A stretch of DNA of 64,000 nucleotides, taken from assembly GCA_964187785.1 (NCBI GenBank), contig OZ076414.1, forward strand, positions 4,278,001 through 4,342,000, in the 5' to 3' direction. The notes under the pieces are model-generated. The model was not told the origin of the DNA. It saw nothing but the letters and a program-made list of their open reading frames with translations, and did no database searches. This DNA comes from Amphiscolops sp. MND2022 (taxonomy: Eukaryota). The position numbers and the translations under genes were made by a program. Shown here piece after piece: positions 25,001 through 38,055 of this stretch; the stretch's first letter is position 1; each line of letters begins with the position of its first letter.

Positions 25001-28000
25001 AATCTGCAAAAATGAATGCTATGGGGTCGCACTTTGAATTCGCACTTTTTTCGTGAGGAATCATTGGTGCAGGTCAGTGACAGTTTTTTGCAATGTAACG
25101 ACACCCTATGGAACGCTATTGAGCGAAAAAAACTGAGATTTGTGCAAAAATTGCAATTTTTCGTGTTTTTTGGTGTTTTCGTTGGTTGGAGCACGAGTGC
25201 TCCGTAAGTCCAACGTAGCCATGCAAAAAAGAGCAAAAGTAACCTCGAGCCCTGAGGAACTCGGGAAAATAATTGTTAACCGTTCCCGCGGCTCTTTCAG
25301 GTAGAAAAGAAGTGATTTGTAGTGAAAAAGTGCGAAAAAATGGAAAACGGGCGAAAAATTACCTAAAACCACAGGTGTAGTCAGGTGTAAAAGCCTGGGG
25401 AGCCGTTGCAAAGTAGTTTCTCAAAAAGCAAAATACAACCCCAGGGCAATGGAATCAGTTTTTGTAGGAAGCTTAGCCGCTCGTGAAACTGCGGATAGGC
25501 AAAAATCTTGTAACTTTGGCCCTTTTGGGCCCTGTAGAGCACATAGTAGAAAGCTCAGCAGAACAAACCTTAGATTGCACGGGAGATCTCGCGCGCTCTT
25601 ATTTTCTGTTTTTGTAGTAAAAATAACGTGTGATGGTGAAAATCGCATGTGAGAATTCCCCATCAGTGCTGAGAAAAGTAGAAAAACGCACTGAATTCGA
25701 CCAAATTTCCACGAAACCGGACTGTCCAATTGTTACAGACGGGTCATAGATCACCGAACCCTGGCCAAAAATGGTGGCATTATTGCAACCACCACAAGAT
25801 TCAACGCTCGTGCCGGAAACTTGGTGAGACTAGTGCTGACCAAACTGGAGTAAAACTCTGACATTTCGACTTCAGAAAGTACTGAAATAGCCGAAAAAAG
25901 CCAAAACTGTAAGACCGATAGTGATTCCCATCTATCAGGCATCACTGATTTAAGGCTCGTGGTAGTGCTGTGACTAGTGGGGTTAAACCCATTTTGCCTG
26001 CAGTAACATTTGTAGTGTCGACCCTTGTAGCCAGTTTGTGAAAAAAGTGCAAAAAAACTGTTTTTGCTAAGATAGTGTCCCCATCAGGTCAAGACATTAG
26101 GTAAGCTCTCGGGCTTCCATCGAATCATTGAACCAGCATTGTGAGGGCCCGTTGGCACCGCTTACCAAGTTTTGTGCCGATTCGTGCAGTAGTTGTTGAG
26201 AAATTGTAAAAAACGTACTGTATAAAAAGAGGTGCAAGAGGGCAAGTTTTTCGAATTTTTTTGGAATTGCTTGAACACCTTAGCCGAAGAGTGGGGACGA
26301 ATTGTAGTCCACTAACAAAAATTGTGCTAGTTGATGCACTGTTACCGAGAAAACCGAACCGCTAACTGACACCAGTGTTGGGAAATTGTGCAAAAAGCGT
26401 GCATTTTGACTCCTACTGATGCATAGGTGTACCGCACATCTGTACCAAGGCGAAATTGTGTACAATCATCGGAGCCCGAATCGACGTTTACCACCGTGAT
26501 TCTACGTGTGCGTAAGATCCTCAGGCCAATTTAGAGCCGGCCCTGACCCTCCGGTGACGAGTACGAGCCACTTGTGTTTTTTGCACTGTCCCAGGAAATT
26601 CAAAAATTGTCGTAAACCGTTCCGTGCTCGCTCCAAAGAACGCGTAGCCCCTAATCGAGCCTAATTTCTGGTATTGTGGTTTGAAAGCCCCGGCTGGACT
26701 CACTTTGAGCTCGCTACGACCCCTAGAAGCGATTTCGAGTCTTTTGAGACGGGCCGAAGGTGAATTTTGGTTAAGTCCTCACCGGAACGATCAGCGGTCG
26801 CGCACCCTCAAAAGAACCCTAGGTACGAAGCATTTGGCCTCTGGGTATACCTGACTGCCTGGTTAATCGACCACAACGGCACACGGCCTTCCCACCCGCG
26901 AACGTGATTATTTGGGCATCGCTGGTAACACCATTAGAGTGCATAGGCAAGCTAAATTAGCTGAAAGCACAATTTTGTGCTTTCATTATCTCGTATTCCA
27001 GGACCATACCTTTGACCTTCCAAAATTGGCAAATTACGTCATAGCCTCGGATTCCACGACAAGCAGGAAAATAACTTGCCTATGCACTGTAATGCCAGTG
27101 GTGCTTTTGTCGACAGTTCTACTTGCCTCAGCACCCTTCCTTACGTAATAAGTAATTGCTACTCCATGTTTTGGGCTGGCAAAGCGGTCATTGCCCTGTT
27201 GCTTACGATCCGTTCAACAGCTACACTCGAAACGAGCGAATCTTGTACCTCCGGAGCCACAGGAACGGGCGAGACACTGGAAGTGAGTTCAATTCAACGC
27301 GAAAGTTCCGGCAGTGACAGTAACTTGAGCCTGCGGGAATGGCCCTCAGTGAACTTTTTAGTGACCAATTCCTCTTTTTCAGAAGCAATGTCTGATAGAG
27401 TTACTCGACCAAGAGTGGAAGGAAGAGCAAAATGCCATGGCTCTTGTCTGAGACAATTCATCAGTTTCGGTGGAACTCCTCCCCACTGGGCAATGGATCC
27501 AAGACACCAGTAGCGGGTTGACGTCACCACAAACGGGCGGATTTTGGCCCAACTCAAATAAAACGGCTTTCGAGGCCCCTCCTTTACGAGAAGGGTGCTC
27601 GAGGGCAGTCGATGAAGGTAGCAGTCCTGGCAGCACAGCTACCGATGCTATCCTTGAGAGCATGACGTATGTGGGCGGCATTAACTATGCCAAGTATCGC
27701 TTGGAGGCCAGCCGTCCGAAGGCCTTCGGGAAGCAGGAGAAGGTGCGTCCTCCGACATTGTGCATGCAGGACGAACTGGACCGTGACAATGCACAGTCAA
27801 TTCGCGATGGTACCACCTCTATCGCCTCGTCACGACGATCATCGGCGTAGCGCGCCGCAGAGGAAGCGACAGCAGCCAGAACCGCGATGTTGCAGGCGGA
27901 AGCTGAGACACAGCGAGCTTTGGCACGCTTAGTGGATAGCCGTGCTGAGTGCAATGAACAGCATAAAGTGATGGCCGCGGAGCTTGAAGCCATGCAAAGC

Positions 28001-28073
28001 TCTGTGAAGAAGAGCCTGGGGGCTACTAATCAACAGCACACTGTGCAATCTGCAAAAATGGATGCTATGGGGT
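22034..28073 (+). repeat. ~3-kb head-to-tail tandem duplication (22034-~25030; 25033-28073)
   Basis: Continuous near-identity at offset ~3000-3046, with paired ORFs such as 24030/27076 and 24424/27470. Confidence 0.97.
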
Positions 28074-29660
28074 ATCGCTTAGAGGAGATGAAGGATCCAT
28101 GCCTCCAACTTGAACTTCGCATGGAAGTGAATATGGCTGAGGTCAGCACCAAGATGCACACATTGAGCACTGCCACTCATGCAACCCAACGCGGCAACCA
28201 ACCCAACGCAGATGAGCCGACTATATCCAGTAGTAAGGTGGTGCCTGCGCGCACCCCTGACCCAGCACTGATGCTGAAGGCTAGTCCCAAAACGGTGCCT
28301 AAAGCACCCCAGCCTCCCGAGGCAGCTAAGAAGCACACCAAGGTGCACGTGTGCGTGCCGAATTCGCTGAGCACTGTTCAGCTGCCACCCACACTGTCAC
28401 TGACTCGAAATTAGGATCGAGGAGTTGATTCCATGAACACCACCTCTTCGGTCATAGACCTGACTGACACGAAGGCGACGGCTGGATCCCAAACCAGCAG
28501 CGTGGAAGACGATACCTACGCCACCGCTATGGTAAGAACCACTGGAACTGGCTCAATGTTCCTACTCGCGAGCGAAGGAGTGCTCGCGGGCAACCCTTGG
28601 GCCAGTAGCACTCGCATAGTGGAACACTTGAATGGAGACTAAGGGTAGTCGGGACAATTCCCCAGCAACCAGCGACGGAAGGGAGGTAATCTCCCCTGAG
28701 CAGTTGCGATTCACCGCTGCAACATCCAAAGCCATGTCGAAGGAACTGGCCCTTTGCTAGCTGGCCATGACCCCTCTCAAACCCGGCCTAGTGTCTACTG
28801 AGGGTATAAAGAAGTCTCCATTGACGGCTGGATCTTGGTCTTGCCTTGCTATCTGCAACGTACGCAAGCCAGAGCGACTCCGGATGACAGAACTTGGAGC
28901 ATCATCAGTCACTTAGAAGGTGAAGCGCGCAACTACGTCATCAACAAGGCCGAGTCCAAACGGGACACGCCCGAAAAGTATTCGAGTTGCTAGCAAGTCG
29001 GTTCGAAACTGGAGGCAACAGGATGCAAGTGCGTCAAGCATTTGCCACTCAACAACAATACGAAGGGCTCCGTAGTCAGGGATTCCCTGATGAGCCCGTC
29101 ACTACTAAGCGTTATGAAATCCTGCAGCGCCTTATGGAGGGTGTTCGTGACGGTGTTTTGCGATGGGACCTTTCTATCCTTTACGCATCCGAAACCTCCG
29201 TAACTGACCCACCCACCGTGGAATCCTTGAGGTTTACCACCAGGCAGTTGCAGCGCACCCGGCCCAAGTCTTCGGAACCCAATGATTCCCGGTACGCTAT
29301 GAGGTCGAAGCCTCATCTTTTCGCACTGTTACCTTCAAACAAGATGGTATTGCCGCAAGGAGTACTGCCCCCACCTCCTCCGAGCAATGCACCGATTAAC
29401 ACGGCGGCTGCGTCACCTGCTGCACGCTAACCGATAGGTGCCTGTTTCAATTGTGGCAGGACTTTTCGCCCGACATTGCCCTACCAGAGATCAGTAGTGC
29501 CCAAGCCTGAAGATGTGAAAGCCACTGCTGAGGACGTTGTAGAGTGTATCGCGGAGAAATGCTCCGGGGTTCGCTTTTGCGCCAATTGTGGCATTGTAGA
29601 CTCCATCGCCTTGCAATGCGCGGATGCTCCTGCAAGCTCCGCTGACGTCATCGCTTAAGA
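27470..29660 (+). pseudogene. gag-like region of Gypsy A (disrupted)
   Basis: Broken ORFs 27470-27850, 27887-28414, 28433-28642 and 28987-29430 ending in CCHC-like remnants. Confidence 0.65.
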
Positions 29661-30055
29661 AAGTGTGCGGAAGTCGGGGCGGGTGATGATCAACACATGA
29701 TCGTATGTTGATGCTCCACCCAGCGGAACCTTCAGCCTTCCTCCCAACCCTCACCATAACTTGTGGTGCCAACCAAGTGCAAACGTACTTGGAGCCAGCA
29801 ACCTTCGACCTCCAAGGACGTACGCTCATATCCATCCGCTTGATGTTGGCTGTAGAACAGCTGCGTCGTCCGACACTAACTTTGGCGAAACTTTGGCTGA
29901 ACTATCCATCTCATACAAGTGAATGGAACTCCCTCGCCCAGAAGAGTGGTATGCTCCCGGAGGTTCTAACACATTGACCCTGTATTCTCCAGAGCCCATC
30001 TGTGCCACGATGGACGGCGTGGACGTGAAGTTTGAAGCCGAAGCCTGCGTGGTAG

Positions 30056-32484
30056 TTGACGTGTTCCCTCCCTGTATATGCCTGGGACCTCAAGAGCTCA
30101 AAGGCTACAGCATCAGTCGCCAGTAACCCACCGACGAAGCACGAATCATGCCCCCATACAGCACCAATTCCATTGCGAGGTCTGGTTGATACCGGTTCCA
30201 GAGTGTTTTTTCTTACGTTCTCTGCCTTTATTCGAGTCGCTGTCCAAATTAGGGCAGTATTGAAATCCTACCAGATCGACTTGTACTCCGCCAATGGCAA
30301 GACCATCAAAACGTTTGGATTGGCGGAGCGTGTGCGCTTCCAGTTAGGAGGCTACGAGTTGGAAACTAATTTTGTTGTGGTGGACGACGCAATGGGAGTC
30401 CAGGACTTCTTGTTAAGCCGAAACTTCCTCCGGGCGTATCAGGTCCCCGTTGACTTGACATCGATGAAGATCGTGGTTCGTGCGCCAGTCCAACCAGTGT
30501 GGCATCACGTCCATACCCATGTAGGTGACTCCATTTTAGCAGTTCCCGTCGCTTTAGACTGCGACCTAGTGGTGCAACCCTTCAAACGCACGGCTGTGAA
30601 AGCCAAGGTGGTCACTGCCAACCTAGGACCACTAGTGTTTCAAAACGTAGTGCTGAACGCCGCCATTGCGGACGCGTCACTACAGAATGTCGTTTTGTTT
30701 TAGGAGGACTGCGTTGCCACTGTCAGTGAGACAGGCCATGTCTTTATCAGCGTGATGAACCTCACAAGCAACCCACAACGTATCCGTGGCAATACCCACC
30801 TGGGACCTGTGGTACTCGAATTCCTGATGTAGCGAAAAGTACCCCAACAAGTGGATAGTCCAAAACCAAAAAGTGAGGTCGATAAAGACCATGTTGATTC
30901 TGTTATTGAAGTTAATGAGAAAATTATTCTCAGTACCGACTCTCAATTAACTTCTTCGTCGGAATTTGAGTTTTTGTCGTCAACAGATCCTACTGAGGAA
31001 GGCTTTTCAGACCGTGAGAAACGGAAACGCACAGATTCCGAGCTAATGGCTCCCATACCGGGACCAGAGTCGCAGCTACAGGAGGTGAAGGAGCATTTGG
31101 AGTTCTGAAGCGAGCACCTCTTTAGAGAACCTCTTGACCGAGTTTGATTGCTTGTTCATGACACGAAAGGTTGAAATGGGCCGATGCACCAAAGCCAAGC
31201 ACCCAGTAGAGGTTGAATCAGGTGCGTGCCGCACCGTGAAGGTGCCAGGCGTATGTCTCCTGAAAATCAGCACGTGCTAACCCGGAGGTGCGCAACTTGT
31301 TTGCGCTTGGAATGATCCAACATTCACTGTCCCTCTATCGTGATGGTTAAGAAAAAGAACGGTGAATTACGGTTCTGCTGTGACTTCCAGACACTTAACG
31401 AGGTAACCGTCAAAGACTCATACCCGTTGCCCCGAATTGATGAAAGTCTGGTCAGGCTGTGTAAGGCCAAGATCCACACCAGTATTGACCTGGCCTGGGA
31501 TTTCTGGCAAATCCCTGTCCGAAAGGCTGTTTGCCAGAAAACCGCATTTGCCTGTGAACTAGGGCTTTTTGAATGAAGCCACATGCTCTTCGGCAGGTGT
31601 AACGCTTCTGCCACCTTCCAAAGAGCGATAGCTCGAGCGCTACGCAAAAGTGTGAATCGAGAAGGTAGTATGGTGACGGCAATTACATCGACGACATTGT
31701 GATAGCCAAGGAAACCGTGGAAGACCACATGCTGGTCTGCGCGAAGTTTTTGAATGCCTGCGCGAAGCTGGGTTCAAAATGAGAGTTGCCAAGTGTGATT
31801 TCATGAAGTCTGAAATGAAATTCTTGGGCCACGTGGTGTCAGAGGAGGGTGTAAATCCTGACCCTAAAGCCGTTGCGAAACTACGAGGTTGGAAAATTCC
31901 CCGGGACAAAATGGAAATGCAAAGCTTTCTGGTCTTTGCCAACTATTATCGCTCATCCCTTGGCATGCCAAACTTGTTACTCCTTTGCACACCATCACTG
32001 GTGGGAATGCCACTTTCACGTGGGGGTCTGAATAACAGCTGGCCTTCAACGAAATCAAGAATGCGCTCATCGAGGCGACTGCTCTCGCGCAGCCAGACTC
32101 GGAAGGTGAATTTGTTCTGGACACTGACGCCAGTGCCGTGGGGATTTCTGGTATCCTACACCAATGGTAAGGTCCCCAGGAGACAGACGTCTACAACCCC
32201 TTGTCTACGGCAGCAAGAAGTTGACCGCTACCCACGCAAAGTAAGGGGCTCCCAAATTGGAAATGTACACCGCCTACCACTTCATTGTCAAGAACCACAG
32301 TTATTTGTGCCCGCGATGGATAATGGCACTCGAGAAGTACCACTTCCTTGTGGAACACCGACCACGGACACAACATCGCAATGCCGAAGGTTTGTCCAAA
32401 CGGACCAATGACTATCGGTGGCGAGAACAACCGCTAGAAAAACTACCATCTGTAGCTGATCGCTGGACGTTCTTGTATCGCTAG
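30056..32484 (+). pseudogene. pol: pol of Gypsy A (protease-RT-RNase H), disrupted
   Basis: GLVDTGS; VMVKKKNGELRFCCDF..YPLPRID; SIDLAWDFWQIP; YIDD (31684-31695); FVLDTDAS; HRNAEGLS. Confidence 0.9.
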
Positions 32485-33262
32485 ACGAATATGAGCGATA
32501 GCCCACTGCACCATGGTAAAGCATTTCGACAGGTGGACTACCGGTTACCGATGCCATCTCAGTGGTCAACGGGTGGGACTTGGGTGGACCATTGATTACC
32601 ACCGGTAGACTGTGATACATTACCAACCGGGGGGAACACTTTTACCACCATTTTAATGCCAGTCAACTCAAGTCACGCTTTCAACTCCAAACCAGCGTCA
32701 TATTCAGCCTGTTATTAGAGAAGCAATGTGAGTACAGAAGCTGAAATTGCTGAAATATTGTGCAAACAACAGAAGAATGAGATTTGCGGTTGTTGTAAGT
32801 CAGGGAGACTAGAGATTAAAAACTACCCTGACAATTTTCCGAGTTGCATTCTGACTGAAAATCTAACGAAGAGTACGAAGCGTCGCAAACACTCTAATCC
32901 AAAAAAGGCTCGAAGAAACACACCTTCAGTTGGCTTTTCCTACCCAGTTGTAAAAATGTCAAAAAAAATCATCAAATTGTCATTCTACAACAATATTTCT
33001 ATGTATTGGTGTGGTGTTATCAGAAAAAAACTACATTAATAATCAAATTCCTAACGAAAATGGCCTTCGCTTCTATTTTGGATAGTTTCCTTAGGTACAT
33101 GCTTCCAAGAGAAACAGTTTTTCGTAGAATTTTGCGAAAAGTAAAGTGGGAAGATTCTCACCGGTCTGCTTGTCAACTTCCCCAAACGCCGCTGACGTCA
33201 GCACCTGAGAAAAACAGCCAGTGTTCAATCCATATATGTCATAAGCATCGTCCGTGGGTTCG

Positions 33263-33622
33263 TCATTGGGACGCTTTTGGACTCGCTAACTTTTGAATTG
33301 TTTCTAGATTTCTCGTTTCGCAGAACTTAGTATTCATTTTCGGTCTCTCAGCCGGAACGTTCCATCCGCTTTGTATTGAGTGTCCCGATCCGGCCATTAA
33401 GGCATTTTGGATCTGGGGCAATAGTTGAATAATAATGGAATCATTAATAGCCCTTCGAATCTGAACACTAACACTATTCATCATCTCGTCCATCTCTCTG
33501 GATATCATAGAACTCAACTCTTTTGACAATCTGTTAATCTCAGCACTGGAGTTGGTACTTGTAGAATTCTGTCCAAGGCCGGCGTGATCGCCTGACTCAG
33601 TTTCTCTAGGATTCAAGTGCAA
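33263..33622 (-). mobile_element. Isolated gag-like N-terminal fragment of another retroelement
   Basis: Helical ORF EINRLSKELSSMISREMDEMMNSVSVQIRRAIND. Gag-like by recognition only; no catalytic motif. Confidence 0.4.
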
Positions 33623-35698
33623 GTTCTCTATTCACGCTTTCCTCCCTCTCGGAGTGTCTACCATCTCATCTGTCTAGGTTTTCTATATCTGAGAACATTT
33701 CTAGTCCTGTTGACTTTCTTGCCTTCTGCTTTCTTGTAGTAGGCATTGAAGAAACCCGAGTATAAAAATTTGAATACTTTTTTTCGGAAAACTAGTTTGG
33801 GTTTGTTGACCAAAGAACTGTTTAAATAGCACACTGAATCGTAACAAGCAAAGTTGGATTGTGTCCCTCTCAGAGGAAACATGGGTATATATGGGTGACA
33901 ATCACATTTCTTACTTTCTTACCTAAGTCCATAGAATATAGAATGCGTCTAAACAGGATCATTCCCAAAGCAAATACTAGCATCAAAAGGAGGCGGAAGA
34001 ATTTAACTTCACAACAATACACTAATAGTATTTTGACAGAATATTGAATGTGGCACTTCAAAGTTGTTTACAACGGAGGGAATGTAAACTATTCACGACA
34101 CGTGCCAGCGTAAGCAAGCAAACTCGACAAATCGACAGCAAATTTTCATGTAGTAACGGAATAATATGAGATTAGTAATGTTCAGCACTATGGACCGGTA
34201 CGGCCGTTTGACTGGAAACCGGTTAGTAGGGGCGGCTTAACTAGGCCTAACGACGGGTATTTAGATTACTACTGGACATTATTAAATACATCAATCAGAC
34301 CTGAGCGGCTTGTTAACATCTTCTAATATAAATATAGCGCTACACGACTTCAAACCATCAGAATCTTTTCTTTTAAACTATTGTAAATAACAACTAGCCT
34401 AATGCCCAAACAGAAAAGCACATATTGCTGTTAAGTTGCCATATGCGGCCAATTAAATTGAAAGTAGGTATAGCGTTGTGAAACGAAGAGGTTTGATTGG
34501 CTGTCACAATGAGCTCAAGTGACGTCTCCGGAGTAGAAGTTTTGTTCACTTCAACTCGTTTACGTTAAGCTACATAATTGCACGTTATATCTGCTGTATT
34601 GCTTACAACACTTATTTTGTATTACTGCAACTTTAAAACGTCAAGGATTTCAAATCGCAACTTTCAATGTGAACATTAACAGACTAATACTGGAAAACAA
34701 TAATATTGCACAGAACATATTGAATATCATAGTTCAAACGGAAATATGTTTTGATTTTAGATTTCAATATTTAGTAAAGTGCCGGGCATTACCTCTTGTC
34801 CGACAGAGGTCGTTGTATTTCTTGTGCCGTCACAGGCGGCAGCCTGCGACAATAAATTTGTTCTTTGATTACTGAGAAAGTTCTGCTGTATTAGCAAGAT
34901 TTTCAAAACATTACAATCAACATGCCCTGAGGAAAAGTTGTGTCACATTACCAATAGAAAATATTCGGAAACTGCAATTTATCAATTCATTTTGTAAAGA
35001 AACATTTTTGGTTTTTTGTTATCTCAATTTTCGGAATAATTTTCAGTTTACTCCATGTTTTTTTGATGTTTTTTGTTTGGGAGTTTTTTTATGTTTCTAT
35101 AATGGACTATATAACAGCCCTTTTATAATCCACTTTGAATGACAAAGTTGAGCAAAGAAAAAGTGATGTATTTTAGAAATAACAATAGGTCTTGCTTTGA
35201 AAAAGGTTGGGGCTCGATACTAACAAACTAACAAACATTTGTACAACTTAACGCTAGTTTCAAACTGAAGGCTAATAGCAGTTTTCAATATGATGATTAT
35301 AACATTGGTTTGCTTTTGAAACTAGCACAGAAAAACTGTTTTCTGGTCTTATGTACATAACAAAAGCAATTGGCCTATTTTCAAATCACTGACGCTTCAT
35401 CGGAATCACACCTCAAGAAGAAAGCGGAATTCGATATTTTTAATTTTCAGATAACTAAAATTAAATATTGAAATTGTCAATTCCTGAAACATGATCACGA
35501 GCCCCTTTGTGTTGTTTAATTCAATAAATGTTGTTGACCATAATGTGTGAATACTAACAGTTTTGTTGATAAACATCTCAGAAACGGTCATAATTGCAGC
35601 TATGACGACAATGATGAGCAGAAATGGAACGATCCTGTACATCCAGTTTTGCAATTCCATCGTCCACTATCAAAGTCTAAATAGAAGATGTAATTTTT

Positions 35699-35920
35699 TA
35701 GTCGGCGCTTTTCAAGAAAAGAGCCGACTATAGTCATGGCTTTTCGTCAGTGATTGTTTAAGATCACCTGAACGGACCAAACTAGTTCTACCAAAAGTTC
35801 TACAAAATTTTCAGAAGACGTCAAAATGTACCTGTTGGCCCAAGGAACTGAACCAAAAAAGTTTCCCTCGTAACATACAATACCGGGCGAGACGAAAGGG
35901 TCCGTGCGACTTTTAAAAAA
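35699..35920 (-). mobile_element. Dispersed repeat R2 copy
   Basis: Reverse complement of 1215-1405, including the palindromic end. Confidence 0.7.
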
Positions 35921-36039
35921 AAAACAGGTAGAACATCGCCTAAATTTAAGCACAAGGGATGATTGTCTAATTCGCAAACAAGGAAAGAAGCTAGTATGAT
36001 GACCTATTGCCCGGGACTGACGGTCTCAGGGTACCTGCC

Positions 36040-37071
36040 TGTCGGAACGTGTATCAGTTTCATTTGATGTGGTGATGTTAGGTACGTTCCCTTCTCTATT
36101 GCTAGAGGATGGCTTTTCATTAGACGATATTTTCTCGGTCAGAGCAAGAACTAAGTTTGTCAGTTCACTTATTTGTCTAGTCATTTCAGTAAATCTCTGA
36201 TTTACTGCTCGACGTTCTGACTCGCCACTGTAATCCAACAAATTCCCGTTGTCAAACTCACTCATCTGTTCTCTCGTGAGAACTTCTGGGACACTGCTCT
36301 CACTTTCGGTATCGCTATGCCGATCTGTTCGGCACATGAAGGTATGCTGGTTGTCTGTTACTTGGGATCTCGTATTAACCATTTTGAAGAGATATTGGAT
36401 TTTTGAGGTTGTATTGATTGATTATGAGAAAGGTTAAGTATTTTGGTAACAAATCGTGTTTAACTGAGAGGTACGTATTTAGCAACTGTATCGTAATCTA
36501 TCGCAAAATCTTCTGATGTTACTATTTCACCTGGTAATAATTATGGCGACGTTGGTCACGTGACCACATCAACCAATCATATTTCTATTTTTCGTTCGCA
36601 CCTTTGTTAGTAATTGCGCAATATGGTCGCAGCACCAAAATGAATGTAGTTACGTTGCTATGGTTACATGACTCAAATTTGGTATAATGATGTGGTTGCA
36701 CTACTAGCATCATATATGTAAATGGTTAATGTATATAATTGTTTACATGACTAACTGCACCAGAACGAAATCTGATGATGGTGTATCAGCCACATTACTT
36801 TCACTTTTAACTAAAAGTTCACGAGATTGATTTAAATAACATGCATGACAAATGTATGAAATATGGGAGATAATAGTAAAGTTATTTGGGGAATGAATAG
36901 AAATGATGCTTTTTAGCAGATTCGAGTTCGAGTTTTATGATGTGGTTGACTTCACCACATTCTTCCCTTTCATCATCATTCTTTTACTGTTTTGACATTT
37001 TGTTTCTAGTTCAGGTATGCAGGATGGTTGACCACATCATTGTTTGTTATTTTCATGCGTCAGGCATGACA
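36040..37071 (-). repeat. 3' LTR of element B
   Basis: TGTCATGCC...GTTCCGACA; about four differences from the 5' LTR seen by eye. Confidence 0.97.
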
Positions 37072-37090
37072 CTCCGGGTCTTTTTTTTTG
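37072..37090 (-). other. Polypurine tract of element B
   Basis: Minus strand AAAAAAAAAGACCCGGAG directly before the 3' LTR TG. Confidence 0.7.
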
Positions 37091-37207
37091 AAAAAGAACA
37101 TGTGGCTGAAATGGCGAAATGTCTCGTTCAGTTGGTTGGTAGATTGGACGCGGCATGCTAATGAGCAAGGTTGAAAATGCTGTATTCGTTAATTAGATTG
37201 AGCGCTC

Positions 37208-37365
37208 ATGTTGTTATGGTGACCACATTAGTAGTTGCGAGTTGACTTTGTGGTTGGAAATGAGCAGTGATGTTGTTATAGCAACAACATTGGTAGTGGC
37301 GGGATGACATCACGGTCGGAAATAAGCAGCGATGTTGTTATAGTAACCACATTGGTAGTGGCGAA
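37208..37365. repeat. Three-copy imperfect array, period 62 bp, with palindromic cores
   Basis: ATGTTGTTAT(A/G)G..A.CACATT(A/G)GTAGT(T/G)GCG at 37208, 37270 and 37332. Confidence 0.85.
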
Positions 37366-38055
37366 TTGATTTCGTGATTGAAAATATTCGAGTAGATTGT
37401 CGCTTCGGCTCGATATGGCGAGTGAGCGAAGAAAATGTTGGTCACGCATTGGCTGTTCCACTTCGGTAAAGAGTAAATATAGAGTCGATGTGGCGAGGGT
37501 AGCCACGTCATCCAATCGTGCGCATCGTTTGCAGTAAGAGAGTTAAAATAAGAATGAATTTGCCGGAAATTAATCTAACGTGGCAGCGTCATATAATTAC
37601 TCGGCTCATCCGGTAATCGTTCGGAAGTGGTTGTAGTGGAACATCGTGCGCTCTGTAAACAATTCTTCGTCGATGCCAATTACGATAAGCAAACATTTCT
37701 CCAGTATATTCTTTTGTGCGATTCTTCGGCAATTCAGTTCGGCCGCGGCTTACTGAGTGATTGTATCAATGATCAAGTGGGCTATAATTAGGATAAGCCA
37801 GGGAGTCGTATTGTGATTTTGGAGGATTTTTCCGGTAGGCTTTGGCCCTTTTTGGGGTAGTGTGGTTGGTGAATTTCAGGAATTAGGTTATCCCTTTGGA
37901 TTTTTTGGGTAGTTACTTTGCATAGACAATGTGGGTGATCAGTCCACATGATCATTGGAAGTTACTTTGAACCTCAGTAAATCGCAAACGACTGTGTGCT
38001 TTCAGTTCAATTGCCTCAAGTTGATTACTTTTCAGACTTGCTTGTTATTACTGTC

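Larger units (their letters stand above)
21141..32640 (+). mobile_element. Decayed Ty3/Gypsy retrotransposon A with internal duplication; integrase absent
   Basis: Candidate 5' LTR TGTAACG..AGCACA (21141-21732) followed by TGG. Gag-like frames, knuckle remnants (CFNCG ~29440, CANCG ~29575), protease LVDTGS (~30185), RT and RNase H (DTDAS ~32120). Confidence 0.85.

Noticed and set aside
37208-37365. CRISPR-like array
   Set aside because: Only three degenerate units, the spacers are partly similar, the context is eukaryotic and there are no cas genes.
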